Assembly (NCBI GenBank): GCA_041640655.1 | Contig: JBEPZV010000017.1 | Coordinates: 1 to 50,734, forward strand | Direction: 5' to 3' | Source of the DNA: a bacterium | Lineage (GTDB): Bacteria > Acidobacteriota > Blastocatellia > HR10 | DNA length: 50,734 nt | Part shown: piece after piece, positions 8,874 through 20,758 of the stretch | How the letters are laid out: each line of letters starts with the position of its first letter | How positions within the stretch are numbered: position 1 is the stretch's first letter | Position numbers and translations under genes: made by a program | The notes under the pieces: generated by a model | Seen by the model: the letters and a program-made list of their open reading frames with translations, nothing else | What the model was told of the DNA's origin: nothing | Database searches by the model: none

Positions 8874-10244
8874 TCATCCCACCGTCGCGGCAGATTCGAT
8901 CGCGCGCAACATCTCCTCATTTGTGGCGAACTTGAACCATTCCACGCCGCGTCGCTCGGCCTCGCGTCGTTCGGCTTCCTCCAGGCGTTGGACATCCTCG
9001 TACTCGACAAAGCGCACGCCTCGCGCGCGCAGGTGTGCGCGGAAACGCTCCAGGCGCGCGGCGATGTCTCCCCCCACTCCCGAGGGAAGGCGGTCCACGT
9101 AGCGCAGGAGCGCCTCAGCTCCTCGCTCTCCGTCTTGCTTCGCCTTTCCGACCAATCCGTCCGAGGCCTTTCGCGACCATCCCGCGACGAAGAGGCCTTC
9201 GAGGACCTCTCCCTTCTCAGGGTCGTACACTTGATATGCTTCGTCTCCCGGATGGTGTGGGTCCGGGTTCGGATTGGTCACGTACTCCGTCCCTCGAACG
9301 GGGAGGCCGAACTCTTCGTCCACTTTGTCACCGACGGCGAAGATGACCGTATCGCAGGGAATGTCCCAGTACGTCCCCAAGCCTTTGGCGACGATGGAGT
9401 GATCGCGGCGCACCAGCTCCGTGTCCTCCACGCGCAACGCGATCGGGCGCCCGTCCGGTCCGAGGACGATCTCTTTCGGAGCACAGAGAAACCGGAAGCG
9501 AAAGCGCGTGGGGCTCGGCCCTTCCTCCGGCGGCGCGTCCACATACTTCGTCAGCTCGCCATACAGCTCCTCGACGTTCTCGCCGATCGCCTCCACGCGC
9601 GATCGAATGCGTTCCAGTTCCTGTCGGAGATCCTCCGTGTCGAGATTCGCCGCGATGGCTTTGAACTCCTTATCGGTATACGCTCGCTGACCGGGTCCGC
9701 GCCGGGCGACGGCGATAACCTCGTCCACCTTCCGGGCGTGCACGAGATAGTGCGCGATATCCACCATAACATTGCCGATGCCGATGATCGCCACGCGCCG
9801 ACCGATGAGAAAAGGCCGCTGGCTGAAGGGCGGAAGGTTGTTGTAGTGATAGACGAGGTCCTTCGCATGATACACGCCCGGAGCTTGTTCGCCCGGAATG
9901 TCGAGGAATTTCGTCCCCTGGGCGCCGGTCGTGATCAAGATGGCCGAGGGACGCAAAAGCTCACGCACCTCGTCGAGCGTGACATCGCCCGTCTTCCCTA
10001 CGCGGACGTTACCGAAATAATAGACGCGCGGATGGGCGAGGATGCGCCGAAATTGCTTCCGAATCCCCTCCTTCATCCGGTGCTTTGTGAAATAGATGCC
10101 GTATTCGGCGAGTCCTCCTGGCTTGATGTCTCGATTCACAAGGACGATGTAATGCCCGGCCTCCACGAGCTTGCCCGTGGCATAGATCCCCGCCGGGCCA
10201 GCGCCGATGACGACGATCAGGTGAGACGGTGCGGACGTGGTCAT
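8874..10244 (-). CDS. Ferredoxin-NADP+ reductase/adrenodoxin reductase-like flavoprotein
   Basis: VIGAGPAG, GGLAEYG, IGIGNVMVD, ARRGP, AGWSRKASDGLVG; RBS AAGGAGG before ATG 10244. Confidence 0.87.
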   Translation of the reverse strand: MTTSAPSHLIVVIGAGPAGIYATGKLVEAGHYIVLVNRDIKPGGLAEYGIYFTKHRMKEGIRKQFRRILAHPRVYYFGNVRVGKTGDVTLDEVRELLRPSAILITTGAQGTKFLDIPGEQAPGVYHAKDLVYHYNNLPPFSQRPFLIGRRVAIIGIGNVMVDIAHYLVHARKVDEVIAVARRGPGQRAYTDKEFKAIAANLDTEDLRQELERIRSRVEAIGENVEELYGELTKYVDAPPEEGPSPTRFRFRFLCAPKEIVLGPDGRPIALRVEDTELVRRDHSIVAKGLGTYWDIPCDTVIFAVGDKVDEEFGLPVRGTEYVTNPNPDPHHPGDEAYQVYDPEKGEVLEGLFVAGWSRKASDGLVGKAKQDGERGAEALLRYVDRLPSGVGGDIAARLERFRAHLRARGVRFVEYEDVQRLEEAERREAERRGVEWFKFATNEEMLRAIESAATVG

Positions 10245-10336
10245 ATGATTCCTCCTTCTTTTGGTATGCATGTCATGGGAAGCTACCGAATAAAGCTCGC
10301 TCTCGTCGCTGTGCATCTCCGCGCATACGCACTCAA

Positions 10337-10366
10337 ATTTTAGAGAGGGCACGGGCAAGACGTCAA
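10337..10366 (-). promoter_or_regulatory. Sigma70-type promoter for the flavoprotein gene
   Basis: TTGACG-18 nt-TAAAAT on the minus strand. Confidence 0.55.
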
Positions 10367-10414
10367 TCTGGCGAGGGCAGGCACGCGATGGCGCTCATAG
10401 TGATTCTGAGCCGA

Positions 10415-11362
10415 TCATCGCCGGACGCGATAAAATTCGATTCCATCTCGTCGTTCGCACACGACCAGGCCCTCGGCGAGGGCGAGATCCAGATGCGCGA
10501 TCGTCTCCGAGAGCGCCAGGAACCGCTGGTCGGTGCGGGTATCAGGGAAGAGGCGCAGGGACAGCTCCCACGGCGTCAGGGTTTGCGTGCCGAGAGCCGC
10601 CCGCACGGCCTCCTGCCGCTGTCGCACATGATGATGGATCTCATGCCGATAGGTCTCGATGTCCTCGACCGCCTCGCCGTGGCCCGTGATGACGACGCTC
10701 GGCGCCAGCTCTCGCAGCCGATCCACGCTCGCGAGGAAATGACGGAGCGCGGAGAAGCGCCGGTGCGCATCTCGAGGATCCGGATTCAGCACCGGATTCG
10801 GCGTGATGCGCTTCAGGACGGTGTCCCCGGCGATGAAGAGCCGTCGGCCCTCGGAGAAGAGGCCGATGTGGCCAGGCGTGTGTCCGGGCGTATGCAGAAT
10901 GCGCCAGGATTCGTGCTCGAACGCCAGCTCTTCGCCCTCATCGAGCACGGCGATCTCAGGTACGGGAGCGATCAATTCGCGAATCCTCTGTCGCAAGGCC
11001 TCGAATTGAGCGATGACGTCTTCCGGCGTGCCCAGCTCCGCGAGCAAGCGGCGATAGCTCGCCTCGTCGAAGGTGGGATTCAAACGGTCGGCCTCCCACG
11101 GATGCGCATAGACGATCGCGCCTGAGAGGGCCTGCAATCGCGCCGCTTGACCCGCATGGTCTTCGTGTGAATGAGTGAGGACGATCCGACGAATGTCCTC
11201 CACGCGCACGCCGCACGCGCGCATCTGCTGACGCAAGGCGGCGAACGCCTCGTCGGTCTGCGGCCCGGTGTCCACGAGCGTGATCGGGTCTTCGAGAAGC
11301 AGCGTGACGTTGACCGGGCCGACGGGAAATGGCGTCGGGATCCGGAGTTGATGGATCTTCAC
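10415..11362 (-). CDS. MBL-fold metallo-hydrolase with a C-terminal winged helix
   Basis: THSHEDH, TPGHTPGH, AGD, TGHG. Confidence 0.92.
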   Translation of the reverse strand: MKIHQLRIPTPFPVGPVNVTLLLEDPITLVDTGPQTDEAFAALRQQMRACGVRVEDIRRIVLTHSHEDHAGQAARLQALSGAIVYAHPWEADRLNPTFDEASYRRLLAELGTPEDVIAQFEALRQRIRELIAPVPEIAVLDEGEELAFEHESWRILHTPGHTPGHIGLFSEGRRLFIAGDTVLKRITPNPVLNPDPRDAHRRFSALRHFLASVDRLRELAPSVVITGHGEAVEDIETYRHEIHHHVRQRQEAVRAALGTQTLTPWELSLRLFPDTRTDQRFLALSETIAHLDLALAEGLVVCERRDGIEFYRVRR

Positions 11363-11386
11363 CGCACCCCCTCCTCCAGCGGGCGT

Positions 11387-12688
11387 TCACGCATACGTGA
11401 GCGCCAGCAGCTCAATCGGGTGCAAGACGCGCATCGGGAGACCGGCGCGCTGCACGCCGCGACGCAGGTGCATGAGGCATCCGGCGTTGCCCGTCAGGAG
11501 CACGTCCGCCCCCGTTCGGCGAAGATGCGCGATCTTCCGTTCGAGCAACCGATCGGCGAGCTCCGGGTGACGCAGGTTGTAGATCCCCGCGCTCCCACAG
11601 CACATGTCGGCCTCGGTCAGCGGAACGAAGGTGACGCCGGGGAGGCGGCGGATTATCTCCAGTGGAGCCGTCCTGATGCGTTGCGCGTGATAGAGATGGC
11701 ACGGCGCGTCATAGGTGACCGTCAGATGCAACGGGCGTGGTCCCGGACGCAACCCGATCTCGATCAGATACTCCAAGACATCGCGCACGCGCGCGGCGAA
11801 GGCGCGGGCGCGCTCGGCGTACTCGGCGTCGTCGGCGAGCAGCTCGCCGTACTCTTTGAGCAGAGCCCCACAACCGGCCACGTTGACGATGATGGCTTCG
11901 GCCGCGCTGCGCTCGAAGGCGCGAATATTCCTCCGCGCCAGCGCGCGCGCCGTCTCGATCTCTCCGGCATGCGCGTGCAAGGCCCCGCAGCACACCTGAT
12001 CCGGGGGATCCTCGACCTCACAGTCGTGGGCGGCGAGGACGTCCATGGTCGCACGATTCGTGTGCTCGAAGAGCTCGCGGGCCACGCAGCCGGCGAAGAG
12101 AGCGACGCGACGCGCGCGGCGTCCAGACGGGACGAGCGGGATGATTCGGCGTTCATCGCGAGGTGACATCTCCTCGGGCATCGTCGCCAGCAGCAGTTGC
12201 AGGGCGAGGCGCGCGCGGGGGGGCAGGAATCTCCCCTCAGCCCATCGGCGCGCGAAGGCCCGACGGCGCAGCCACCGAGCCGGCGCGAAGAACCAGCGCA
12301 GGCGCGCGGGTGAGGTGAAGATGTGGTTCAGGAGAAATCGCACGCTCCAGAGTCCGGGTGTCGTCCCCGCGCGCGAGAGATCGGCGCGTACGGCTTCAAG
12401 CAACCGCCCATACCGCACGCCCGAGGGGCACACCGTCTCGCACGCCCGGCAGCCCAAACAGAGGTCTATGTGGTGCGCGAGCGCGCGGGAGGTCATCGGC
12501 AGGCGCCCTTCGGCGGCGGCGCGCATGAGATAGAGGCGCCCTCGTGGCGAGTCGTTCTCATCGCCAAGCTGCAGGTACGTGGGACACGCGCTCACGCACA
12601 GCCCACAATGGATGCACGCCAGGAGCTTCTCCGCCTCATGATCGAGCGCACGACCGAGAGCTGTCCCCATCGTCATCTCCTCGTTCAT
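11387..12688 (-). CDS. glcF: Glycolate oxidase iron-sulfur subunit
   Basis: Two 4Fe-4S motifs (CIHCGLCVSACP, CLGCRACETVCP) and CCG domains. Confidence 0.92.
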   Translation of the reverse strand: MNEEMTMGTALGRALDHEAEKLLACIHCGLCVSACPTYLQLGDENDSPRGRLYLMRAAAEGRLPMTSRALAHHIDLCLGCRACETVCPSGVRYGRLLEAVRADLSRAGTTPGLWSVRFLLNHIFTSPARLRWFFAPARWLRRRAFARRWAEGRFLPPRARLALQLLLATMPEEMSPRDERRIIPLVPSGRRARRVALFAGCVARELFEHTNRATMDVLAAHDCEVEDPPDQVCCGALHAHAGEIETARALARRNIRAFERSAAEAIIVNVAGCGALLKEYGELLADDAEYAERARAFAARVRDVLEYLIEIGLRPGPRPLHLTVTYDAPCHLYHAQRIRTAPLEIIRRLPGVTFVPLTEADMCCGSAGIYNLRHPELADRLLERKIAHLRRTGADVLLTGNAGCLMHLRRGVQRAGLPMRVLHPIELLALTYA

Positions 12689-14019
12689 AAGCCCGCGACG
12701 AATCGGCCGGGGCTCAAGATGCGCTTCGGATCAAAGGTCTGTTTGAGCGCTCGCATGAGTGGTAGGCTCGATCCCGCATCCCCCCACACATCGAAATTCT
12801 GCTTGATCGCCGGTGGCGCCTGCTCCACGATCACGTGCCCGCGACGAGATTCCCACGCCGTTCGAAGATGAACGAGCGCCTCCACCACCCGAGAGAGCGC
12901 GTCCGCCCCTTCCGCCCACAGCTTTCCGCCGATGTGGACGATGCCCGTCCCCGGCTGCGCCAGCGCATACATTGAGGCGAGGCATGGGCTCAGGACGCGC
13001 TCGCCCGCGCGCAGCGCCGCCATCGTGTGCGCGGGGAGGACACTGAGTCGCACGAGAAGATCCGTCGGGAAGAGTCGGCGAAGTCGGCCCACCGTCTCCC
13101 ATAGCGAGCGACTCGCTTCGTTCGCGAAGTCCACCAGATCGAGCGAGAGCGAATGGGCGAGCGCCCGCACGCGATCCACTTGATACGCGACCGCAGGCGG
13201 CGTCTCCAGGAATCGCACCAGAAGCGCCTCCTGGGGGCGATCGGGCAGAAGCGTGGACGTCGCTTCGGCATTGCTGAATAGCAGCGCCACCGGCAGAAGC
13301 TCCGAGCGGATGATCTGCTGCGATGCGGTTTCGAGCCGTTCCCACTCCGAACTGAGGAGCACGGCGGTCGCCTCAGCCTCCGGATATGGACGGAGCTTGA
13401 AATTCACGCGAACCAGGACGCCGAGCGTCCCGAAACTCCCGACGAAGAGCTTATTGAGATCGTATCCGGTGACGTTCTTGACGACGCGTCCGCCGGCGCG
13501 AAGGCGCGTCCCGTCGGCCCGCACGACCTCCACGCCGATGACATAGTCGCGCGGTCGTCCATAGCCGTGACGCAACGGGCCGAAATCATCCGTAGCGGCG
13601 ATCCCCCCGAGCGTCGCGCGATCCGCATCCGGAGGGTCGAAGGGCAACCATTGCCGGTGGGGGAGGGCCTCTCGATTGAATGTCTCCAACCGACATCCGG
13701 CCTCGACGCTCGCCGTGAGATCGGCCGGTTCATACTCCAGAATGCGGTCCAGGCGGCGCGTCGAGAGGAGGAGGTCCACCCGTTCCGAGAGATTCCCGAA
13801 CGAGAGGCGGCGGCCTGATCCCATCGGGATGACCGCCAGCTCCTGCGCATGCGCAAAGTGAAGGACGGCCGCGACCTCTTCGATCGTCCCCGGGAAGACG
13901 ACGGCCAGAGGGCGCCGATCATCAATCGCATACTCATCGGGGGCCGGGCAGAGGACGTTCGCCTCTCCCACGATGGAGATCAGCTCTCGTTCGACCGTGC
14001 TCGCTTCCGGTGAGGTCAC
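12685..14019 (-). CDS. glcE: Glycolate oxidase FAD-binding subunit
   Basis: YEPADLT, GGRVVKNVTGYDL, FDPKRILSPGR; lies between glcD and glcF. Confidence 0.88.
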   Translation of the reverse strand: MTSPEASTVERELISIVGEANVLCPAPDEYAIDDRRPLAVVFPGTIEEVAAVLHFAHAQELAVIPMGSGRRLSFGNLSERVDLLLSTRRLDRILEYEPADLTASVEAGCRLETFNREALPHRQWLPFDPPDADRATLGGIAATDDFGPLRHGYGRPRDYVIGVEVVRADGTRLRAGGRVVKNVTGYDLNKLFVGSFGTLGVLVRVNFKLRPYPEAEATAVLLSSEWERLETASQQIIRSELLPVALLFSNAEATSTLLPDRPQEALLVRFLETPPAVAYQVDRVRALAHSLSLDLVDFANEASRSLWETVGRLRRLFPTDLLVRLSVLPAHTMAALRAGERVLSPCLASMYALAQPGTGIVHIGGKLWAEGADALSRVVEALVHLRTAWESRRGHVIVEQAPPAIKQNFDVWGDAGSSLPLMRALKQTFDPKRILSPGRFVAGL

Positions 14020-14028
14020 CGTCTTCCC

Positions 14029-15423
14029 TCAAAACGCGCGGCAGCGTCGCACCGGGAGCACCTTTCCAGGATTGCACAGGCCCTCCGGATCGAACACGGC
14101 GCGCACGCGCGCCATCGCCTCCAGATCCTCCTCCGTGAAGACAAGGGGCATGTAGGCGATCTTATCGAGACCGACGCCGTGCTCCCCGGTGAGCGAACCC
14201 CCGACGCGCACGCAGAGGTGCATGATCTCGCGACAGGCCGCCTTCACGCGCTCCACTTCTTCGGGATCCCGCCCGTCGAAGCAGATGTTGGGATGCAGGT
14301 TGCCATCGCCGGCGTGAAAGACATTGGCCATGCGGAGTCCGTAGCGTGCGGCGATGCGATAGATCTCGGGCAGGACTTCGGGGAGCTTACTGCGTGGGAT
14401 CACGGCATCCTGGACCATGAGGTCCGGGCTGATGCGTCCCAGGGCGCCGAAGGCACCTTTGCGTCCGGCCCAGAGGCGCGCGCGCTCCGCCTCATCGCGG
14501 GCGACGAGCACCCGGCGCGCGCCATGGGCGCGACAGATCTCGACGGCGCGCTGGGCTTCGTACGCGACGCTCGCCTCCAATCCATCCACCTCGATGATCA
14601 GCACGGCCGCTGCATCCGTCGGCAAGCCCGCCGCATACACGGACGCTTCGACGGCCTCGATCGTCGCGCGATCCATCATTTCCAAGGCCGAGGGCAAGAT
14701 CCCCGCCGCGATGATGGCGGAGACGGCACGGCTGGCGTCCTCCACGCTCAGGAAATCGGCGAGCAACGTCTTCACCGCTTGGGGCTGCCGCGTGAGCCGA
14801 ACGGTGATCTTCGTCGCGATGCCGAACGTCCCTTCGGAACCGATAAAGAGACCGAGCAGATCATACCCCACCGCATCCGCGCCATGCCCCCCGAGCGTCA
14901 CCATTGTCCCATCGGGGAGGACAACCTCTAGACCCAGGATGTGATGCCCGGTCATGCCGTATTTCAAGCAGTGCGGGCCGCCAGCGTTCTCCGCCACATT
15001 CCCGCCCAGCGTGCAGGCCATCTGGCTGGAGGGATCGGGAGCATAGAAATACCCGGCATCGGCCACAGCACGCGTGAGCGTGAGATTGATCACCCCCGGC
15101 TCCACGACGGCGAGCTGATTCTCATAGTCGATCTCCAAGATGCGATTCATCCGGGCGAGCTCGAAGATCACTCCTCCCTGGACGGCGACCGCACCTCCGC
15201 TCAATCCCGTGCCCGCCCCTCGCGCGAGGAAGGGAATGCGATGCCGCGCCAGCACCTTGACCGCGCGAACGACCTCTTCGGCGGATTCCGGGAAGATGAC
15301 GGCCGACGGCAGATGCTTGTGGATGCTCAGGCCATCGCATTCGTACGCGAGGAGCCGTTCGGGATCGGTGATCACGTCCTCATCCCCGAGGATCGCTTCG
15401 AGCTCCGCGATCCACGACATCAT
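14029..15423 (-). CDS. glcD: Glycolate oxidase FAD-linked subunit
   Basis: RGAGTGLSGG, PDPSSQ, ENAGGPHCLKYG, HAGDGNLHP, GEHGVG. Confidence 0.93.
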   Translation of the reverse strand: MMSWIAELEAILGDEDVITDPERLLAYECDGLSIHKHLPSAVIFPESAEEVVRAVKVLARHRIPFLARGAGTGLSGGAVAVQGGVIFELARMNRILEIDYENQLAVVEPGVINLTLTRAVADAGYFYAPDPSSQMACTLGGNVAENAGGPHCLKYGMTGHHILGLEVVLPDGTMVTLGGHGADAVGYDLLGLFIGSEGTFGIATKITVRLTRQPQAVKTLLADFLSVEDASRAVSAIIAAGILPSALEMMDRATIEAVEASVYAAGLPTDAAAVLIIEVDGLEASVAYEAQRAVEICRAHGARRVLVARDEAERARLWAGRKGAFGALGRISPDLMVQDAVIPRSKLPEVLPEIYRIAARYGLRMANVFHAGDGNLHPNICFDGRDPEEVERVKAACREIMHLCVRVGGSLTGEHGVGLDKIAYMPLVFTEEDLEAMARVRAVFDPEGLCNPGKVLPVRRCRAF

Positions 15424-15540
15424 TGTCGAGTTCCTCCCCACGACGCTTCCTCGGCTCTCCCGAACCATGCGGTCGGGGCGCGAAACATTCAGCATAGCGC
15501 AGAACGAAGGGCTGGCCAAGCAGAGGGATCATCAGGAGCA

Positions 15541-16548
15541 TCAGGCGGACGATCCGCCCATGAGGAGGTAGAGGACGGCCATGCGCACGGCGATGCCGTT
15601 GGCGACCTGGTCGAGAATGAGCGCCTGGGGGCCATCGGCGACATCGGACGCGATCTCGATCCCGCGATTCATCGGTCCCGGATGGAGGATGATGGCGTCC
15701 TCCTTCGCCCAACGCAGCCGCTCGCGCGTGAGACCGAAGCGGAGGGCGTACTCCTTGAGGGAGGGGAAGAAGCACTCCTGTTGCCGCTCGAGCTGAAGGC
15801 GCAATGCCATGACGACGTCGGCGCCCTCGAGCGCTTCTTCGATCCTCGGCGTGACGAAGAGGCCATCCGGAACCAACTGTTCGTAATATGGCGGCACGAG
15901 CGTCTGCGGACCACTCACCCACACGCTCGCCCCGAGCTTCGTCAACAGATAGATGTTCGAACGCGCGACGCGACTGTGCAAGAGATCGCCGATGATGGCC
16001 ACCTTCAATCCGGCGATCCGACCCTTCCGCTCGCGAATGGTGAAGGCGTCCAGGAGCGCTTGCGTGGGATGTTCGTGCGCCCCATCGCCCGCATTGATGA
16101 CCGGAATGGGGAGCTGCCGCGCCAGCTGATGCGGGACGCCGGCCATCGAGTGACGCACAACGAGCGCATCCACGGCCATCGCCTGCAGGGTCCGCACCGT
16201 GTCCAGCAGCGTCTCTCCTTTCATCAGGCTGCTCGTCGCAGTGGCGATACTGACCGTGTCCGCCGAGAGGCGCTTGGCCGCCAGCTCGAAACTCGTGCGC
16301 GTGCGCGTCGAGGGTTCGAAGAAGAGATTCACGACCGTCCGCCCGCGCAGCGTGGGAACCTTCTTGATCTCGCGCTCGGAGACCTGCTTGAACGCCTCGG
16401 CCGTATCCAGAATCAGTCGAATCTCCTCGGGATCGAGATCGCGAATGCCGAGCAGGTCCTTTCGCTTGAGGCGCGCGCGCGGATGTGCGGTGGAGAACTC
16501 CGCGCGCTCAGGGGGATCGCGCCGTTCTCCCTCGAGGTCACGCGTCAT
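15541..16548 (-). CDS. pyrB: Aspartate carbamoyltransferase catalytic subunit
   Basis: [28 protein letters not shown]. Confidence 0.97.
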   Translation of the reverse strand: MTRDLEGERRDPPERAEFSTAHPRARLKRKDLLGIRDLDPEEIRLILDTAEAFKQVSEREIKKVPTLRGRTVVNLFFEPSTRTRTSFELAAKRLSADTVSIATATSSLMKGETLLDTVRTLQAMAVDALVVRHSMAGVPHQLARQLPIPVINAGDGAHEHPTQALLDAFTIRERKGRIAGLKVAIIGDLLHSRVARSNIYLLTKLGASVWVSGPQTLVPPYYEQLVPDGLFVTPRIEEALEGADVVMALRLQLERQQECFFPSLKEYALRFGLTRERLRWAKEDAIILHPGPMNRGIEIASDVADGPQALILDQVANGIAVRMAVLYLLMGGSSA

Positions 16549-17107
16549 CGGCTCCCTCCTTCTCCAGGAGGAGGACTCGATCCTCGCCGTCCACCTCGCG
16601 CAACATGACTTTGACGATCTCGTTCCGCTCGGTCGGGATCGCTCGTCCTACGTAATCGGCCTGAATGGGCAGCTCACGATGGCCGCGATCCACGAGCACA
16701 GCCAGGCGCACGCGATCGGGCCGTCCGTAGTCCATCAGATGATCGAGTGCGGCGCGAATCGTGCGGCCCGTGTAGAGCACATCGTCCACGAGCACGATGA
16801 CCCGGCCGGTGACGTCGTGCGGCAGCTCGCTCGTCTTCACCACGGGATTGGGCGCGATCCGACTCAGGTCGTCCCGGTAGAAGGTGATGTCCAGGACACC
16901 GACCGGAAGGTCTCGCCCATGTCGTCGCTTCAGGATCTCCGCCAAGCGGCGAGCCAGCGGCACACCTCGCGTGCGAATGCCGACGAGCATCAGCTTATCC
17001 GTGGGCGGCTCGGAAGCCGCGATCTCCTCTGCCAAGCGCTCGAGCGCCTGCTCGATCTCGGTCGCCGTCATCAGCAGTGCTTTCTCTCGCGCGCTCATTG
17101 ACGCCAT
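16538..17107 (-). CDS. pyrR: Bifunctional pyrimidine regulator/uracil phosphoribosyltransferase
   Basis: [40 protein letters not shown]. Confidence 0.96.
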   Translation of the reverse strand: MASMSAREKALLMTATEIEQALERLAEEIAASEPPTDKLMLVGIRTRGVPLARRLAEILKRRHGRDLPVGVLDITFYRDDLSRIAPNPVVKTSELPHDVTGRVIVLVDDVLYTGRTIRAALDHLMDYGRPDRVRLAVLVDRGHRELPIQADYVGRAIPTERNEIVKVMLREVDGEDRVLLLEKEGADDA

Positions 17108-17904
17108 TGAGAGCCTGCTGGGCTCGACTCCCGGCCCGCCATCGCCGTGCCGATCGCGACCTCCGCGAGCTCGACGCGAATCTCTCCCAGCGCCTCCTGG
17201 GCTACGATCATCACGGGCATGCGCCGCGCGTCGGCAGAGAGCCAGAGGCGGAGACGAGGGGCATCGGTGCCCTCCAGGCGCAAGGCCACTTCCATCGCCT
17301 CAAAACGTCCGGCGCGCGTCTCCACCACGGCGCGCGAGCGGACATCAGCCTGAATCAGAACGCGCCGCCGTTCGCTCAAGACGGAGAAGCGGTAGCGCTT
17401 CCCCGATTGAAGTGGGAGCGTGCGCAGGTGATAGAGAAAGGCGACGACGTCGCGCGTCTCCGGAGAGATGGCGATCGTCCGCCCCGTGCTCAGGCGGGCG
17501 ATCCCGCTTCGATGGTCGAGGGCGATCGCGATGTCCGTGCGCCGATCCCCATCCCGGCGTGAGTGCTCCACCCGATACGGGAGCCAGGTCTGCGGATCCA
17601 CATAGGAGGTCCAGTGCTCCTCAAGCGCCCTGAGGAGCGTGCGCACAGGGCCGACCGTCTGAGCGTGTAGCTCCAGGTGCACGCCCGCGCGATCGAAGAA
17701 CCGCCCTTGCCCTTTCACCGAGAGCGTCATCTCCCCGGCAACCACGTAGTAGGCCCAGGAGATCGTATACGTCAGGCGCTCGCCGACAGGAAAGGGGAGC
17801 TCGCCCGAGAGCGGGCGGGAATGTCCTTGTCGAGAAGACCCCAGCTCGAGGGCGAGCAGGCCCAGGAGCGGGATCAGACCGATCGCCCTCCAGCGCCTCC
17901 GCAT
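17095..17904 (-). CDS. DUF3108-like exported protein
   Basis: Signal peptide, PFPVGERLTY, ETRAGRFEA, LWLSADARRMPV. Confidence 0.8.
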   Translation of the reverse strand: MRRRWRAIGLIPLLGLLALELGSSRQGHSRPLSGELPFPVGERLTYTISWAYYVVAGEMTLSVKGQGRFFDRAGVHLELHAQTVGPVRTLLRALEEHWTSYVDPQTWLPYRVEHSRRDGDRRTDIAIALDHRSGIARLSTGRTIAISPETRDVVAFLYHLRTLPLQSGKRYRFSVLSERRRVLIQADVRSRAVVETRAGRFEAMEVALRLEGTDAPRLRLWLSADARRMPVMIVAQEALGEIRVELAEVAIGTAMAGRESSPAGSQWRQ

Positions 17905-17919
17905 CTCTTCACTCCGCCC

Positions 17920-20079
<2,160 letters not shown>

Positions 20080-20319
20080 GGTCGTTCATGGTCTCTTGGC
20101 TGAGCGAGAATCAGGTCAGCTCCGGCATGCTCTCCACAAGAGAGGCGGGAGCTCACCCCATATGGCCCACTCTGTATCGGGAAGACCACGCCGTCCGTTG
20201 AGGCGAAGGGATCACCACGGGATGCCCCCCGCGATCCGCGAGGTCGCGTGACCATCCGGCCCGGATCGCGTCGAATATCCGCCTCTTGGCGAGCGTGGTC
20301 GTACCGTCGTCGCGTCAAG

Positions 20320-20589
20320 TCACTTTCTCAACCCGAGCCGGTCAATGAGCTGGTAGTAGCGCCGACTGTCGGTCCGCTTCAGGTACTCCAGAAGTCGGCG
20401 ACGCTTGCTCACCAGCTTCAACAAGCCCCGGCGCGAGTGATAGTCTTTCTTGTGCGTCTTGAAGTGCTCCGTCAGTTGCGCGATCCGATACGTCAGGATC
20501 GCCACTTGCACCTCTGGCGATCCCGTATCGTTCTCGTGCACCCGAAACTTTTCAATCAACTCGCGTTTGACCGCTTTCGTCAACGCCAC
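20320..20589 (-). CDS. rpsO: 30S ribosomal protein S15
   Basis: [24 protein letters not shown] at 20589 gives 89 aa. Confidence 0.97.
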   Translation of the reverse strand: MALTKAVKRELIEKFRVHENDTGSPEVQVAILTYRIAQLTEHFKTHKKDYHSRRGLLKLVSKRRRLLEYLKRTDSRRYYQLIDRLGLRK

Positions 20590-20758
20590 AGGCGATGCGT
20601 GCCTCCCTCGCACTCAAGTTTTTCTTCCTCTTCAAGTTAGATTAGGCTAGCACAGAACCGACTGGAAGTAAAGCGACAAAGAGAGGGTGAGCCAGGGGTG
20701 CTCGCTCTTGTTCCGCTCCGCCGTGCGTGATAAGGTTTACTGCTCCTTGGCGCCAGAT

